Numbered from the stretch's first letter, positions 37,399 to 51,400 are shown. The stretch: 64,000 nt of DNA from Sphyrna mokarran (GCA_024679065.1 JAGIQG010000021.1:41850001-41914000), one strand, 5' to 3'. A program made the numbers and translations. Notes: a model not told the origin generated them from the sequence alone.

Positions 37399-39068
37399 TA
37401 AGGCTAGACTCAGTTTTCAAAGGGAACTGAGAGACTGCTGTGTGCTCTATTTCATGGAGACATGGCTCATTCTTGCTTCATCGGACTGCGCCCTACATCT
37501 AGAGGGCTTCTCAATCCACTGAATGACCATTCAGCAGCCTCAGGCAATGATAGGTCAGGTGAGGTTTGCCTTCTAATCAACATCCCTTGGTGCCTAGACG
37601 TAGTAACCCTGATAGATTTCTGTTCCCTGGACCTAGAAAATGTGTTAAAATGCCATCCTACTAGGGATGGCCAATAAATGCTGGCCAGCCAGAACAGCCT
37701 TGTCCTGTGAATGAATAAAAAAAACTACTTACACAGGAGTTCATCTGTTATCCTGACAGCAGTTTACATCCAATACCATGTGAATGTGAAGACTGCACTG
37801 GTCGAAATATATGCCACCAAATAACCTTGAGACAAAACATCCCAAGACCTTTTCATCATGGCCGGCGACTTCAGTCAGGCCAAGCTCAAGAATGTCCTAC
37901 CAAGATATCACCAACACGCCTCCTGTTGCACCAAAGGCCCAAACATTCTAGACCACTGTTACACAAATATCAAACATGTTTACCACTCTATCACTCACTC
38001 AAAGGCTGTGCTCCAGCTCCCGGCTTACAAGCAAAAGTGGAAAAAAGCATGTACTATAAAGAAGTCTCCAATTAAGTGCAGTATTGGTCTAAGGAATTGG
38101 ATGATCTCCTATGCTTCAAGTCAGTAGACTGGTCAATATTTAAGAACTCAGCGACCAGCCTAAACAAGTATGCCACTATAGCTAAAAACTTCATTAGTAA
38201 GTGTGTGCCGAAGAAATCCGTGTGTTTCCCAACTGGAAACCATGGATGAACAGGGATATTCATTGCTGCTGAAATCCAGGACTGAGGCGTTAAAGTCAGG
38301 CGACCCTGACTTATACAAGAAAGCCACTCCCACTGACTGTGGCAAGGTTTGCAAGACATAACAGGCTACAAGATGAAGGCATGTAGAATCGCTGGCATCA
38401 ATGCATCCTTCCAAATGACTTCAACATATTCTATGCCTGTTTTGAGTAAGAGGTCAGCAAGATCAATGATGAGATGGAGAAACATGTGCGACAACAATAA
38501 TCCCTTCCTCAGTGTCAACGAAACAAAGGTGATAGTCATTGACTTCAGGAACCATATTGCAGTACATGCCCCTATCTACATTAAGGGGGATGAAGTGGAA
38601 ATGGTCGAGTTTCTAGGTGCCCAGATCATCAGCAACCTGTTCTGGTCTCTCCATGTTGACACCATAATTAAGAAACTCACCAATGCCTCTACTTTCATAG
38701 GAGGCTAAGGAAATTTGGCATATTCACTACAATTCTCAACAACTTTTACAGATGCACCATAGAAAGCGTAGGTTCCAGTTATGTCACAGCTTGATATGAC
38801 TCCTGCTCTGTCCAAGATAACAAGAAATTACAAATGATCACAAATGAAGCCCAGTCCATCATTCAAACCAGCCTCCTATCCACTGAAGCTGCCTACACTG
38901 CCTGCTGCCTTGGAAAAGCAGCCAGTATGATTAAGGACACCCTGGACATACTCTCTTCCACTTTCTTTTGTTGGGAAAAACATACAAAAGTCTGAAGTCA
39001 TGTACCAACCAACTCAAGAATAGCTTCTTCCCTGCTGCCATCAAACTTTTTGAATAGACCTACCTTAT
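37399..39068 (+). mobile_element. Rex/Babar-like LINE (internally deleted) lying between CR1 segments
   Basis: VCLLINIPWCLD, AGDFSQAKLKNVLPRYHQH..LDHCYT, SVNETKVIVIDFR, FYRCTIES motifs. Confidence 0.8.
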
Positions 39069-39690
39069 ATAGGGGTACTTGCCTTTAATAGATGAGGTAT
39101 AGAATATAGGAGCAGGGGACATTTATATAGTTGTATAAAACATGTCAGGCCACAGCTGGAGTACTGTGTATGATTCTGATCATCAAAATATAGAAAGGAT
39201 ATGATTGCAGTATAAAGGGGGTGCAGAGGAGATTCACCAGGAAGTTATCTGGGCAACAATGTTCCATCTATGAAGACAGGCTGGATAGACTGGTGTTGTT
39301 TCCCACGGAGTAGAGAAGGCTGGGGAAGAATCTCATCAAGGTGTATAAAATTATGGGGGAAACCGACAGCATAGGTCAGAAGAAACTCTCCTCCCCCCCC
39401 CAACGAAACTTCATTAACCAGGGAGCCAAAATAAGAGGCAGGAGATTCAGAGGGGATTTGAGAAAAAACATTTTCACCCCAAGAGTGGTGGGAAACAGGA
39501 ATTCACTGTATGAAAGGAAGTTAGAGGCAGGAATCCTCACAAATTTAAGAAAGGTTTAGATAGGCCCTTGAAACACCACAGTACACAAGGCAATGGACTA
39601 AGTACTGTAAAATGGGATTAGATTAGTTAGGTGGTTGCTGGCCAAACGCAATAGGTTAAAGGATCTCTTTCTATACTGTGAAATTTCTAA
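39069..39690 (+). mobile_element. CR1 LINE 3' end
   Basis: ggccacagctggagtactgtg, gtgcagaggagattcaccag; RFRGDLRKNIFTPRVV. Confidence 0.85.
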
Positions 39691-40239
39691 CTCTACGACT
39701 GCCTTCTCATCCTTGAATTTTTCATCAATGGGAACAATTTTTCCCTATCTACTCTGCCCACACCCCTCATATTTCTGAATACTTTGATCAAATCTACTAA
39801 AATTAAGTTCATACCACCGATTGAACTCAACTTTTGATTCAGCCAATCCTGGCAAGGCAAACAGGCAAAGTTGAATTTAAAATGTGGCCTGTATGCAAGA
39901 ACTGTTGGTGCTGCGGATGTCAACATGTTTTGGCTCTTGGTATTTTTTTTGCCATTCTATTATTGCCTGTTGTATTCCATCTCTGTGTGTATCTGCTTAT
40001 TTAGGAAGCTTTTCTTGATATTTTTGAGAGTCAGAAATTGGTAAGTAAAGCTGCCAGTGACCTGAGAGCCATCTATCTATTCTCCTTTAATGCACAATTG
40101 CCTATCATTAGGCACTGAATTCTTTGAGCATGGTTTGCTGCAGTAATGTGCAGATCATTGGGGTCTATCTCCAAGCATGCTGACCTCTAACATTGTCTTG
40201 GGAGTGAAGATCTTAATCAAGATATTGTCATTTGGATAT

Positions 40240-40630
40240 TTACAGTTGAGAAGAGTGAGAAGTGACCTTATTGAAACATGTAAGATCCTGTGGGAGCTTG
40301 ACAGTATAAATGGTGAGATGTTTTTACCCGTGGAAGAATCTTGAACAAGGGGACATAGCTACAAGACAAAGGGCCAATCATTTAAAACTGAGGAGTATAG
40401 AAATTTCTTCTTACAGAGGATGGTGAATCTCTTTAATTCTCTGCCCCAAAAGGTGGTGGAGCTTGTTTGTTAGATATAAGTGGAACTGGATAAACATTTG
40501 ATAGATCGAGGAACAGAGGGCTATGGGGAGAGGGCACAGGAAAAGAATTGAGGCTAATGATCTTATTGAATGGCAGGGCAGGCTGAAGGGTCTGGTGGCC
40601 AACTCCTGCTTCTACTTCTTGTGTTTTTGT
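40240..40630 (+). mobile_element. CR1 LINE 3' end
   Basis: gtgaccttattgaaaca..agaaatttcttcttacagagg..actcctgcttcta. Confidence 0.85.
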
Positions 40631-42049
40631 GTCAGTCTGAGCATTCTTGGGGGATGGCTACTTCCGCACCCGGATAAAATTGTATCTAGTTTAATGTTTT
40701 TATCTTTCACAAGGGCACAAGCCCCTTAATACTTTAGCTTCGATATAAAGTCCTTGTTTCCCTTAAAAAATACATGTAATAGAAATTCCGTTTTAATTAC
40801 TTTTACCAGGAGAAGCAAAAAAGAAAGGGTTCTTGCAACAGCATTACATAACTGAACCTTTTCACTGAAATTACTAGAAATTCAGGGTATGCTTCAAATA
40901 TATTGTATAATTGTTCCAGGATTTATATTCGAGTATCTTTTCATGATAAATTATGAATTTCAGTTATGAATTAGCCGGCCTAGAAATAACACAAAAAGTT
41001 GGGGTATGCCCAAGCCCATCTTCCTTAAAGTATCATTGCAAGATTCATCCATTGGCTGTTGTTTTATTTTGGAAGAATTGAGAGCTCAATACAATATACA
41101 TTACTATACTACTTAAATGTAGAAATTTATGAGCCTGTGAGCTTGTAAATATGAATTATTCTTGCAAAACCAACAAGAACCAAACTCCATTAATCATTAT
41201 GTTACAGCTTTAGGTGTGATTTAACAATAGCGTGGCAAATGCATGTATTTAATGTATTAGAACGATAAGATCTCACCTGATCTTGATGACTTAAATTTTT
41301 GCTTACTTCAGTGAAATCACTCTTTAAGCATCTTTTTCTATTATAAAAATCTTATATTTCCACATATTTTACTCTCTTTACATTTTGGATTAGTTCTGTA
41401 ACACTCATTTGTATCCCTGACTCTTGTGACAGGTTTTCTTGTGCCATGGTTATCAGAATTCTACATCATACTTTAAGTATATTCAGACTGGCACAGTCTC
41501 ACACATAACCCCTGGTAACTTATACAGTTCTGACTACATAATCACAATTTCCTATTTCCTATTCAATTGCTTAGTTATATTTTCCAAACGTTGAAACTGG
41601 TGAGTCTCCTATCATTTTTTACTCCCTTTTAAATGTCTCATTCATACTATTGGGAGTAATAAAAACAGATAATGCTGGAATAAATCAGCAGGTCGAGTAG
41701 CTTTTGAGGAGAGAGAAAAACAGAGTTAACGTTTCAAGTCCCGTATGACTCTTTGTTACTTTGATGAAGTTCCACGCAGTCATATTGGACTCAAAACAGC
41801 AATTCTAGGCAAAATTTTACACTCTCCTCAGGTGAGAAAAGATGAATGGTGGGAGTTGGGGATGCATATAATAGTGGCCTACAAGTGTCTTTAGATCCAT
41901 AGCAATGTGGTTGACTATCAACTGCCACCTGAAATGGCCTAGTAAGCTGCTCAGTTAAGGACCAATAGAAACGGACAACAAATGTTGGCCCACATTCCAT
42001 GAATGAAAAGTAATCCGGCCTTTAAATCAGATGCCTGCTCGCAAAACAC

Positions 42050-43024
42050 TGTGGTAATATAATCAGAGCCTAGTTTTATGGTTGATTAAATTGGATATCC
42101 TAAATTAAAGAATTGGGCATGTTAAAATCAACACAGTCAAACCTTGGGCAGGCCAATTATACAAATACACAAATGTGTGGGCCTGACCCTTCAATCACCC
42201 TTCAAAGGTCATTGCACTCTACAGATACTTAGCAGGAGATCATTGCACCCCATTGAAATGCGCTGGTCTATTGTTAGAAACCCAGATCAGTCCAGACTTT
42301 CTGTCATCAAGACTTTCACCAAGACAGCAGTGTGTGTCTTCACATGCCTTTCTCTGATCAGAACTTTCCATGCACCTGGCGAAGGAACACTTTCTGAAAG
42401 CTTGTGGGATTACTATCAAATAAACTGGTTGAACTTAAACCGGTGTTTAGAAACTTCTTACTGTGTCTACTCTAGTCCATTTCTACATCATGACCGAGAC
42501 TTGCTGCAGTTACCTTATCTGATAACAAGTTACATGGAGATGAACACCTGGTGCCCAGTCAGGCAGATATCAAGAAACCCACAGGATATTGGAACGCTTT
42601 CCTGCAACCTTATCAGCCGGAAGCCAGAGAAGTTTCTGGAAAGGCAAGTAGGTAGGGGGACAAAGGTACACATCTCAGATACATAAGGAGTGAAGACCCA
42701 AAGAGGGAGGTGACCCTGACCATCTGGAAGACTGACCAGAGAAGGAAAGAAGGAAGAAACTGCCACCGAAATTCACCTTTGTGTCGACGGATCAGAGGGA
42801 ATCAGATAATCAGTTTAACAAAACCATCTTTGTAGGTTGTATACTTGAATCTAGGGTATCCTCTTATTTTATGTGGGTAATTTAAGGGTTAATAGTGTTG
42901 TTATGAATAAACTTGTTGAACCTTTCCTTATTGTCCTTTGTCCATCTTGCAAATAAGGGCGTCGGGGTAAAACTTTGGATTAAGTAAACTGGTCAAAAGT
43001 ATCTGAGAATTAACAGTTACAACA
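42050..43024 (+). mobile_element. Probable solo LTR with a Penelope family A fragment inserted (~42340-42492)
   Basis: Termini TGTGGTAA...TTACAACA (imperfect inverted, TG..CA); internal AATAAA at ~42906; flanks acac/ccac. Confidence 0.5.
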
Positions 43025-43219
43025 CCACAATGCAATCTACTACAAATATCTAAAGCAACTTTCTGAATTTGTTATTATTTACACAGCCTGCAGAAAAGAA
43101 ACATCAAAAGTAACATTTCATAGCTGATTTTATTGTTAATTTGTCTCAATATTGTTCAGCAAATAATGGTGAGGCTGACAGCATTTACAATTCCTTGTAT
43201 GCAAATTGGACAGCAGGGA

Positions 43220-43580
43220 AGATGATGGCTCAGTGGTATTATCACTAGACTATGAATCCAGAAACTTAACTAATGTTCTGGGAACTTGAGTTCAAATCTT
43301 GTCATGGCAGATGGTGGAATTCAAATTCAATTTTAAAAAACCTGGAATTAAGAATTTACTGATGACCATGAAACTATTGTTGATTGTCAGAAATCCATTT
43401 GGTTCTTTAATGTTCTTTAGAGAAGGAAATCTACCGTCTTTTACCTGGTCTGTCCTATGTGTGACTCCAGAGCCATAGCAATATGGTTAACTCTAAGCTG
43501 TTCTCCAAGAAAAACTAGGGATGGCCAATAAATGCTGGCCAGCCAGCGACGCCCATGACTAATGAATGAATAAAAATAAT
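43220..43580 (+). mobile_element. tRNA-derived SINE family 2 (CR1-type tail)
   Basis: ggctcagtggtattatcactagac head; agggatggccaataaatgctggccagccagcgacgccc tail. Confidence 0.82.
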
Positions 43581-43714
43581 TCTTGTTGAGTAGATGCATG
43601 CACTTAGTCAAGGGGATATTATAGCATAGAAGGAGGCCCTTTGGCGCATTGAGTACATGACCCATCAATTCCCTGTTGTCATTACAGCCATTTCTGAAAT
43701 AACAGAAGGCGAAC

Positions 43715-46435
43715 AGGCCCAAAAATTGGCCCACATTCTGTTCAAGTCCAATTAAGGAATGGTTTAGTCAATTAAGCAGGCAATTCGCTGAGATTTAACG
43801 CAGCCCATGTGATTTAACAGTAATCGTATAGGCCTCACAAGCAGACAGAAATCGCAGAAGGGTGTCTCAAAGTGTTGCCAAGCAGACCAACAGCCAACTC
43901 ATTTGAAAAGACTACAGGGACATAGGAAGCTGCAGCTTCCAGGAGAGGTCACATGAGTTTGTCCAGTGGTTGATTTTGGTGCTGAGGGAGTAAATGGGTC
44001 AAAAGTCAGGAACTTACTGAAAAGAGGGGAGTACAGAGCCATCTGTAGACATGAGAATAGTCCTTCTCTCCAGTGAGGAAGAGGGAAGGAAAGAAAGGAT
44101 AGTTACACAAGTGTCATCATGATGTTGAAGGCCCACTCGACCAGCAGAGGGAATGTGGGCTGGTACTTCCCAGGAGAAGGCACCTCACTGAGGTAACAGC
44201 GTACAGATAGTGCTGTAATTACCTTCAGGCAAGTGAGTGTCAATGTCACACAGCAAGTTCCAGCTATCCAATGATGTGGTGATATCCAAATGCAACATAG
44301 CTGGTAGGGAGATCAGTTTCAGTACGTAGAGGACTATACAAAGATACGGGGGTAAATAAGGTAATCATGGCCCTACATGTATATTTCTCTGGATCCTTTG
44401 AGGCATCTATAATGGATCTGGGTGGCATTTTATAAACAGCAGCCCACCATTTATTGAAGGAGAGTGAAAACCTTCAAACATTGTAACACTGATGATAAGA
44501 GCTTGTAACATGTGACACTGATGATGATGATTATGTTTTCCTAAAACATAAATGACTATTGAATGCACATGTGGCAACTAAAGTCAGGGGTCATCATTAA
44601 CTGGGAAGATTTGCATTCATCTGTGACTCCTGAAGATATGTCCATGGTATCCTGGCTATAATCATAATGCCCACATCCTTAGGCACCCGTAGGTGCCATG
44701 ACTCTCTTCAGCCCCTGATCAGCTGGATGACTGGTTGGTAAGTAACAAAGGATATGTAGTAAAGAGGTGGCTTATGACATCTATTGAACATCCATTGTGT
44801 CCCACAGAAGACTGGTACAATGCCAGCTATGCCTCTGCCAGCACGGCCATAGAGAGAATGATAGGTGTGTTCTAAACCAGGCTTTGGAGCCTTGATGTAG
44901 TGCAGTAGGCACTAGCTCATTATCTCCCTGATTGCCGCCATATGCTGGTGCTGCATATCCTGACAATACAAAAAGATGAACAGCTTCTGGAAGAGGTCAT
45001 GGAGAGTCACCCTACTTCCTCAGGTGCTGAATCCAACAATGACTTAGAGGAGGAACAAGACTTTGACCATCAGCATGGTGATCCATGTTGCAGGCAGCCA
45101 GGGTGAGAGACAATTCTAATAACCATCGTTAAGATCTCCAAACCTATAATACATAGGCACCTTCCGACCTCTGCCTCAGGGTGTGAAACACCCATTGAAG
45201 CTATCTAAAAGGCTCATCTCTGCTAATATCTCTTAGAAGGGCCTTTGACTCAATGACTTATGTCATTGAGGCTCCTATCAAAGTGCATAACAAATAAACA
45301 AATAAACACCATATAAATGTAACAGATTTAGTAAAGAGCACAACACTAACACCCAGCCAATGAACGTAGTAAGGACCCCTCTGTATCTACTCTGCACCAT
45401 GATGTTCCCCCTTTGCTGCCTGCTCTCCTAGGGCTAGGCTGTTGATCTGAATGTTGACCTGGATAATCATGGTAGGCATCCTCTGGTCACCTTAGGCAAC
45501 AAGAGTCCACCCAGGGGCAGGAACTTCCTTTGTTGCTGTTCCATTCTGGGACACTAGTGCCACTGACAGAGCAGTGCCCTGGGAGGAAGGTGGAAGTGCA
45601 GACAACCGCTGCTCATTTGTTAACACAAGGTCAAAATTTGCCTGCTTACCAGAGATGCATGAGGACCTACAGCAACCTGGTGCCTTGTCCAAATCTCATG
45701 TTTACTTGATGTTATTCAGTGTGTGGGCTTGAAGATCTGAATTATACCCAGCAAAGCAAGACTAAGCTGCTGGGCATGTCTCTCCATGAGAGTTGCCAAG
45801 TTCTCCATGGAGGGAGCCATGCCTTTAGAAGAGAGGCTGAGAGCAGCACTCAGGGCCTGACTGGACTCTGCTGCCATCTAAGTCAGGACACACCTCTGGA
45901 AACTCCACTAGATCTTCATGCACCCACCCCTGGATGTCCAATGTCTGCTGCCTCATGGACGATTCCAGAAGTTCGTCATCTATCTAATCAGCCCCTTCCT
46001 TTCGACCCACACTCCTCTGAAAGTTAGAGGCTTAACCTGTTTCTGAGAGCTTCTCTCGCAATTGTACGGCACTCAAACCAGTTGGTCTACCATTTCAACC
46101 AACGTGTGCAAACCTACCAAAAGTCCAATACCTGAGCTGCTGCTGGCAGAAATGATTGGATGATGCATTCTCTGAGGTCACCCTCTTCTCCTCGGAGGTT
46201 GAGAGTGGGCTCTAAGGGTTGAAGTCTGTTTAAACCACTGAATGATCTGCTGAAGGAATGAGATGGGTGAATGTAATCAGCAATGAGGAAGGGCACTGAG
46301 TAAATATAAATGCATGGCTCAGCTGTGGGGATCTCAAACCATTGCATTGTACACACTCATTCCAACCCCAGATTCTGCCATGTTCCCTTGAACTCATTGC
46401 TGAGAGAGGATCCCTTGGATACTAGCCCCTATATT
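43715..46435 (+). mobile_element. Decayed PIF/Harbinger DNA transposon
   Basis: ~44645-44900 reads YPG..HNAHILR and GYVVKRWLMT..P...EDWYNA......IERMIGVF*TRLWSLD, matching the Harbinger/HARBI1 DDE transposase; boundaries uncertain. Confidence 0.75.
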
Positions 46436-46459
46436 AAACTTAGATTGAGTGACAGAAAT

Positions 46460-46695
46460 TAAGTTTGAAGTTTATTTATTAGTGTCACAAGTCAATTTAC
46501 ATTAACACTGCAATGAAGTTACTGTGAAATTCCCCTCATCACTACATTCCAGTGCCTGTTCAGGTAGATTGAGGGAGAATTTAGTATGGTCAAAGCACCT
46601 AACCAGCATGTTTTTCACACTGTGGGAGGAAACCAGAGGAAACCCACATAGACACAGGGAGAACATGCAGATTCCACACAGACAGTGACCTAAGC
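46460..46695 (-). mobile_element. HE1-like V-SINE (tail type 2)
   Basis: Same signature as 7116-7373. Confidence 0.85.
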
Positions 46696-47650
46696 CTCTA
46701 TTTTTGGCCACTTTAGAGAAAAGAGCTCCAGCCTGTTCATAACCTCCTGATCCTTTTAACCTTATAAATTGTGCTTGTCTTTCTTTTAAGCATAGACAGC
46801 ATCTTTGTGTTTACAATCGGAAGGTGATGAGATGTGTCCACACAGTTGGAGAATGCAGTGACTGCCTGCATTCTCCCCTTCTCAGGCATTCCCTTCAAGC
46901 AGCTAGGCTGTGAAGATTGGTGGCCACACTCAGAGGAAACCTATATATTGGAGCCTGAAGGCCTCCCTGCACAGTGGGCTGCGTGATTGTGTTCAGCGAA
47001 TCAGCACAGTTCACACAGGTCCCTGCAGAGGGCGCTGCACCCATTGGCTGACCGGCTGACAGAATTTTGCCATGCCAAGCTGCAGAGAAAATCAGAGGGC
47101 AAAGACCACCCAAGGAATAGCAACTGCAGCCCACTTACTGCTCACCCCAAAATCCAGTCAACATACTTCAAAACACAACATGAAAACCTTGTGGAAAAAA
47201 ATGGTAAAAGAAAAGCTAAACACAGAAACAACCATGACGAGTCGTACACTAATCTCAAATGCTGACCATACCTGCAATATTGCTATGAAGAGAACCCAAC
47301 AATAAGACACTATATTTAACATACATCTCCGTCTGTACTGAATGAGACTCTGTTAACGAATAATAAGTTTTTAATTACTGATAACAATTCTCTACACTTA
47401 ATCTTAAACATTATATGTATACACAGCAAAAGAACAACACAGAATCCAGAACTTCCAACCCACCCACCTCGCCAAACACCAGAGTCTGTGGCTCCAGGAT
47501 TGGACTATTCAGCCACTGCAGGATCCACCTCCCCGGAACAGAAGCTAGTCATCCTCCATCCTGAGGGTGTACCATGAGGGAAGATATGTATTATATACAT
47601 CATGTAATATAGTACCAAGTGTCTTTGGCTATAGCAAGAAGTGAATTCAT

Positions 47651-48371
47651 TGGATCCGATTTTACCAGCACGTTGTGCCTGTTTTCAGGTGTGAGGCGAG
47701 TCTATGTCTGCCTCTGGTTCCCCTTTTGCCAAGGTCCGAAAATGGCCATGATCAGGACAGTGCCCGAAACAGTCGCAACGGCAATTTGCATGCATTTAAA
47801 TTGACTTAATGGGCTGCACGCCCAACTTTACCAGCACTTCCCCCTTTACCACCGCGTTCACCCATCCAGAATTGGTGCCAAACAGACATGCTACATCGAA
47901 GTCGAATTTGGGTGCTCCAGTTATTGAGAAGCAAGTGGCTAGCATCCAACAGCTCTCTGCTTGAGATCGGTGGGAGGAGGGAGATGCGGAGAAGGGGGGT
48001 TGCTGCTGTCACTCTGTCTAAGATCAGTGAGGGGAAGGGGGGAGGGGCTCAGTAATATTGTGGAAGTGGGGCGATGACTGTGGAGGCTGGGGGACGCATT
48101 ATCTGGCCCAGGAGGCATGTGGCAGGGGAATCACATTCTATCACTTTTTTTTCCTGTGCATGTGCAGTCAGAGGTGCCAATCAGAGCTGCAGGGTTTCAG
48201 GTACGTTAAGCCCTGCCTATAGGTTTCTGTAGTGCAGTTCAGAATTGCTAATATTTTTTCAGACAGAGTGCTTATGGGGATGTCTCAGAATGGGCCGAAA
48301 AGTCAGATCCAAAACATTCCCAGTTTCAAGTCTGCCCAATGCTTTGAATCAAAATGTTAAAATAAGGCCCA
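47651..48371. mobile_element. MITE-like element with imperfect terminal inverted repeats
   Basis: tggatccgattttacca ... tgttaaaataaggccca; GC-rich non-coding body. Confidence 0.55.
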
Positions 48372-48499
48372 ATTATGTTCAACCTCATATTGTAATTTTG
48401 TGGTGATCTGATTCATGCACAACTATTACAATATGTTTTACATTGGATTTGTAACTTAGTTGATATCTCATAAACTTCAGACATGAACGCTTGATTCTA

Positions 48500-49160
48500 A
48501 GACCATAGGATACAGGAGCAGAAATAGGCTATTTGGTCTATCAAATCTGTCCCACCATTCAATCATGGCTAAGTTTCTCAACCACATTCTCTTGCCTTTT
48601 CCCCGTAACGTTTGATCCTCTTAGCAATCAAGAACCTGTCTATCTTAGTGTTTAATACAAACAGTGACATGACCACCACAAACTCTGTGGCAATGAGTTT
48701 CATAAATTCATCACCCTCTAGCTGAAGATATTCCTCCTCATTTAGGTTCTAAAGATACATTTGATGTCTTTGGCATTGTGCATGTTTGAAATATATGTGT
48801 TGAGGATGGATACTTGCAGAGCTCCTGGATGAAGTTGAACTGTCTTTATTCTGAAGCTGTGCACCCGGATCCTAGTCTCTCCCACAAATGGAAACATCTC
48901 CCCCCCTCCACCCCCGACTCTACCCAAGTCTTTCAGTATTCTGTAAGTCTCAGTGAAATCCCCTTTATCCTTCTGAACTCCATCGAATACAGACCCAGAG
49001 TCATCAAACACTCCTTATGCATCAAGATTTTCATTTCCAAGATTATTCTCGTGAACCTCCTCTGGACCCGCGCCAAGGTCAACACATCCTTCCTTAGATT
49101 TGGGGCCCAAAAATGCTCATAATCCTCCACATGTGGCCAGAGCCTTATAAATCCTCAATC
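48500..49160 (-). mobile_element. CR1 LINE 3' end
   Basis: EHFWAPNLRKDVLTLARVQRRFTRII; ccatagga..aggagcagaa tail. Confidence 0.88.
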
Positions 49161-49734
49161 CTAATTGATGGATACGTGGTATAGATTGATCTGATATTCT
49201 TTAACATATAAACTTAGATAACATTTAAATAATACTAAATGTGATTTACTATCTGACATGTGCTTAGGCAACCAGTTTTATTTGACAACATGGGTATCCT
49301 GACCTCTTATATACTTTTATCAGACCTGCTACAGGGAAAGTCTGTCCCATTGTCCATGTGCTCTGAACCAATTCATTTTAATAGCAGTTTGACCTGCTTC
49401 AGATGGCAATGCTTTTTAATATCATTGAATTAAACTCTATCTTTACAAAATGAAGAGTTACATCCCCTTTTCACGGTGTCAGGTGGAGATGCCAGCTATG
49501 TTAACCTTAATATAAAACTGGAGCTATTCTGGCCCCGAAATGTATTACAGTTAAAAGCTGTAGCAGCAGAAATTAATCACCATTACCTAGTGTTAATATC
49601 ATTGCTGTCACTTCACCATCTCATGTTCTCCACTTGAGCACTCTACAAGTCAATCTATTTCTCTGCCTATGTGTTTGCCTTTCCCACTGTTCTACTCCTT
49701 TGTAAGTTGTGTAAGTCTTGTAATTTTCCATTTT

Positions 49735-49935
49735 TTAAAAGTTAATTCCTGGAACATGGGCATTGCTGGCTCGCCAGCATTTATTGCTCATCCCTAGTTG
49801 CTCTTGGAGGGCAGTTAAAAATCAATCCCATTGCTGTGGCGCTGGAGTCACATGTAGGCCAGATTTCCTTCCCTGAAGGATATTAGCAAACCAGATTGGT
49901 TTTTCCAACAATCAACAATGGTTTTATAGTCAAGT
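49735..49935 (-). mobile_element. SINE family 2 fragment
   Basis: gccagcatttattgctcatcccta..atttccttccctgaagga. Confidence 0.75.
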
Positions 49936-50179
49936 CGATTTTCTTTTCAGAAATGAGATGAGAATCAAAGGGACTAATATTTATTTAAATATGCAATGAT
50001 AAGCTTTAGTGGGACTATTTTTTAAAAGGTAAAATGACAATGGAAGGAAATTACTTTCAATATACTGCAACCCTTCAGAAATAGTTCATCTTTGTCAATT
50101 GAATGCTCTGCAGATCAATGCAGATAAAAGTAAATAGCTACTTTTATATAGCAATGACCTGCATATGTGTGAACCTTTG

Positions 50180-50690
50180 TAAGACCGTAAGACCATAAAA
50201 CATAGGAGCAGAATTAGGCCACTTGGCCCATCAAGTCTGTTCCACCCCATTCAATCATGGCCGATATTTTTCTCATCCCCATTCTCCAGCCTTTTCCCCA
50301 TAACCCCTGATCGCCTTATTAATCAAGTCTGTCTCTGTCTTAAAGGCACTCAATGACCTGGCCTCCACAGCCTTCTGTGGCAAAGAGTTCCACAGATTCA
50401 TCACTCTCTGGCTGAAGAAATTTCTCCTCATCTCTGTTCAAAAGGATTATCCCTTTAGCTTGAAGTTGTGCTCTCTGGTTCTAATTTTTCCTACCAGTGG
50501 AAATATTTTTTCCATGTCCACTGTATCCAGGCCTTGCAGTATCCTGTAAATTTCAATAAGATATCCCCACATCTTTCTAAGTTTCAACAAGTACAGACTC
50601 AGCGTCCTTAACCATCACACATACAACAAGCTCTTCATTCCAGGATCATTCTTATGAACCCCCTCTGGAACCTTTCCAAGGTCAGCACTG
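50180..50690 (-). mobile_element. CR1 LINE 3' end
   Basis: taagacc repeats then cataggagcagaattaggcc; gaagaaatttctcctcatctc. Confidence 0.88.
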
Positions 50691-50739
50691 TATCTGAATG
50701 ACCACCTGATAGAGCTTTTAGCATGTTTTATCTGGGAAC

Positions 50740-51400
50740 ACAGAGACCAAAGGTGAGCTTCACCTGTATTTTTAAAAAGACTAGCTAGCATTTGTTTTTG
50801 AATAGAAAATAAAAGGGTCTGGAGTGAGTTAGGATGTGTTAGAAAGCGTATACAAAGGTCTGGTAGGGAGCATCCTAACATTCAACGTGACAATCTGGTT
50901 TGGTAACCTAAGTGTGAAATGCAAAAGTAAGCTGGCCAGAATTGTCAATTCTGCAAGTAAAATGATTGATAGACAGAAGGCACAGCTTGATAACTTATTT
51001 AACAACTCAGTTAAGAAGAAAACTCAGGCCCTCATCAGTGATCTCTCTCATTATTTATATCCTCAATTTGAAAAGCTCCCTTTGGGCCGCTGCTTTAGAA
51101 TCCTATTGCCGGGAAATATTTGTTGGAGAGGTCTTTTGTTCTCAGTGCCATATGCTTACTAAGTAAAAATGTAAACTCAACCCACTGTTTTTATTTATTC
51201 AATTTCAGTAAGTGCTTTAATGGCTGTGTTGTGTTTGTATAGTATGGATGTATGTTAAATATACAAATATGTATGAACATAGGTGTAAATGAAATATTCA
51301 CTCAGTTTAAACTAATGGCCATATGATTATGAGTTATACTGAAGGTGAAGCCAAAGACAAATTCTACTTTTGCCTGGACGATAAAGTTCTATTTTATTCA
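50740..51400 (+). mobile_element. Rex/Babar-like LINE 3' fragment
   Basis: YKGLVGSILTFNVTIWFGNLS..KLARIVNSASKMI..SHYLYPQFEKLPLGRCFR. Confidence 0.7.

Noticed and set aside
42144-42686. 180-aa ORF, the longest in the track
   Set aside because: No recognisable domain; it runs across an LTR-like sequence and a Penelope terminus, so it is likely spurious.
44645-44960. Domesticated HARBI1 gene
   Set aside because: In-frame stop, frameshifts and degraded catalytic motifs indicate a transposon fossil.
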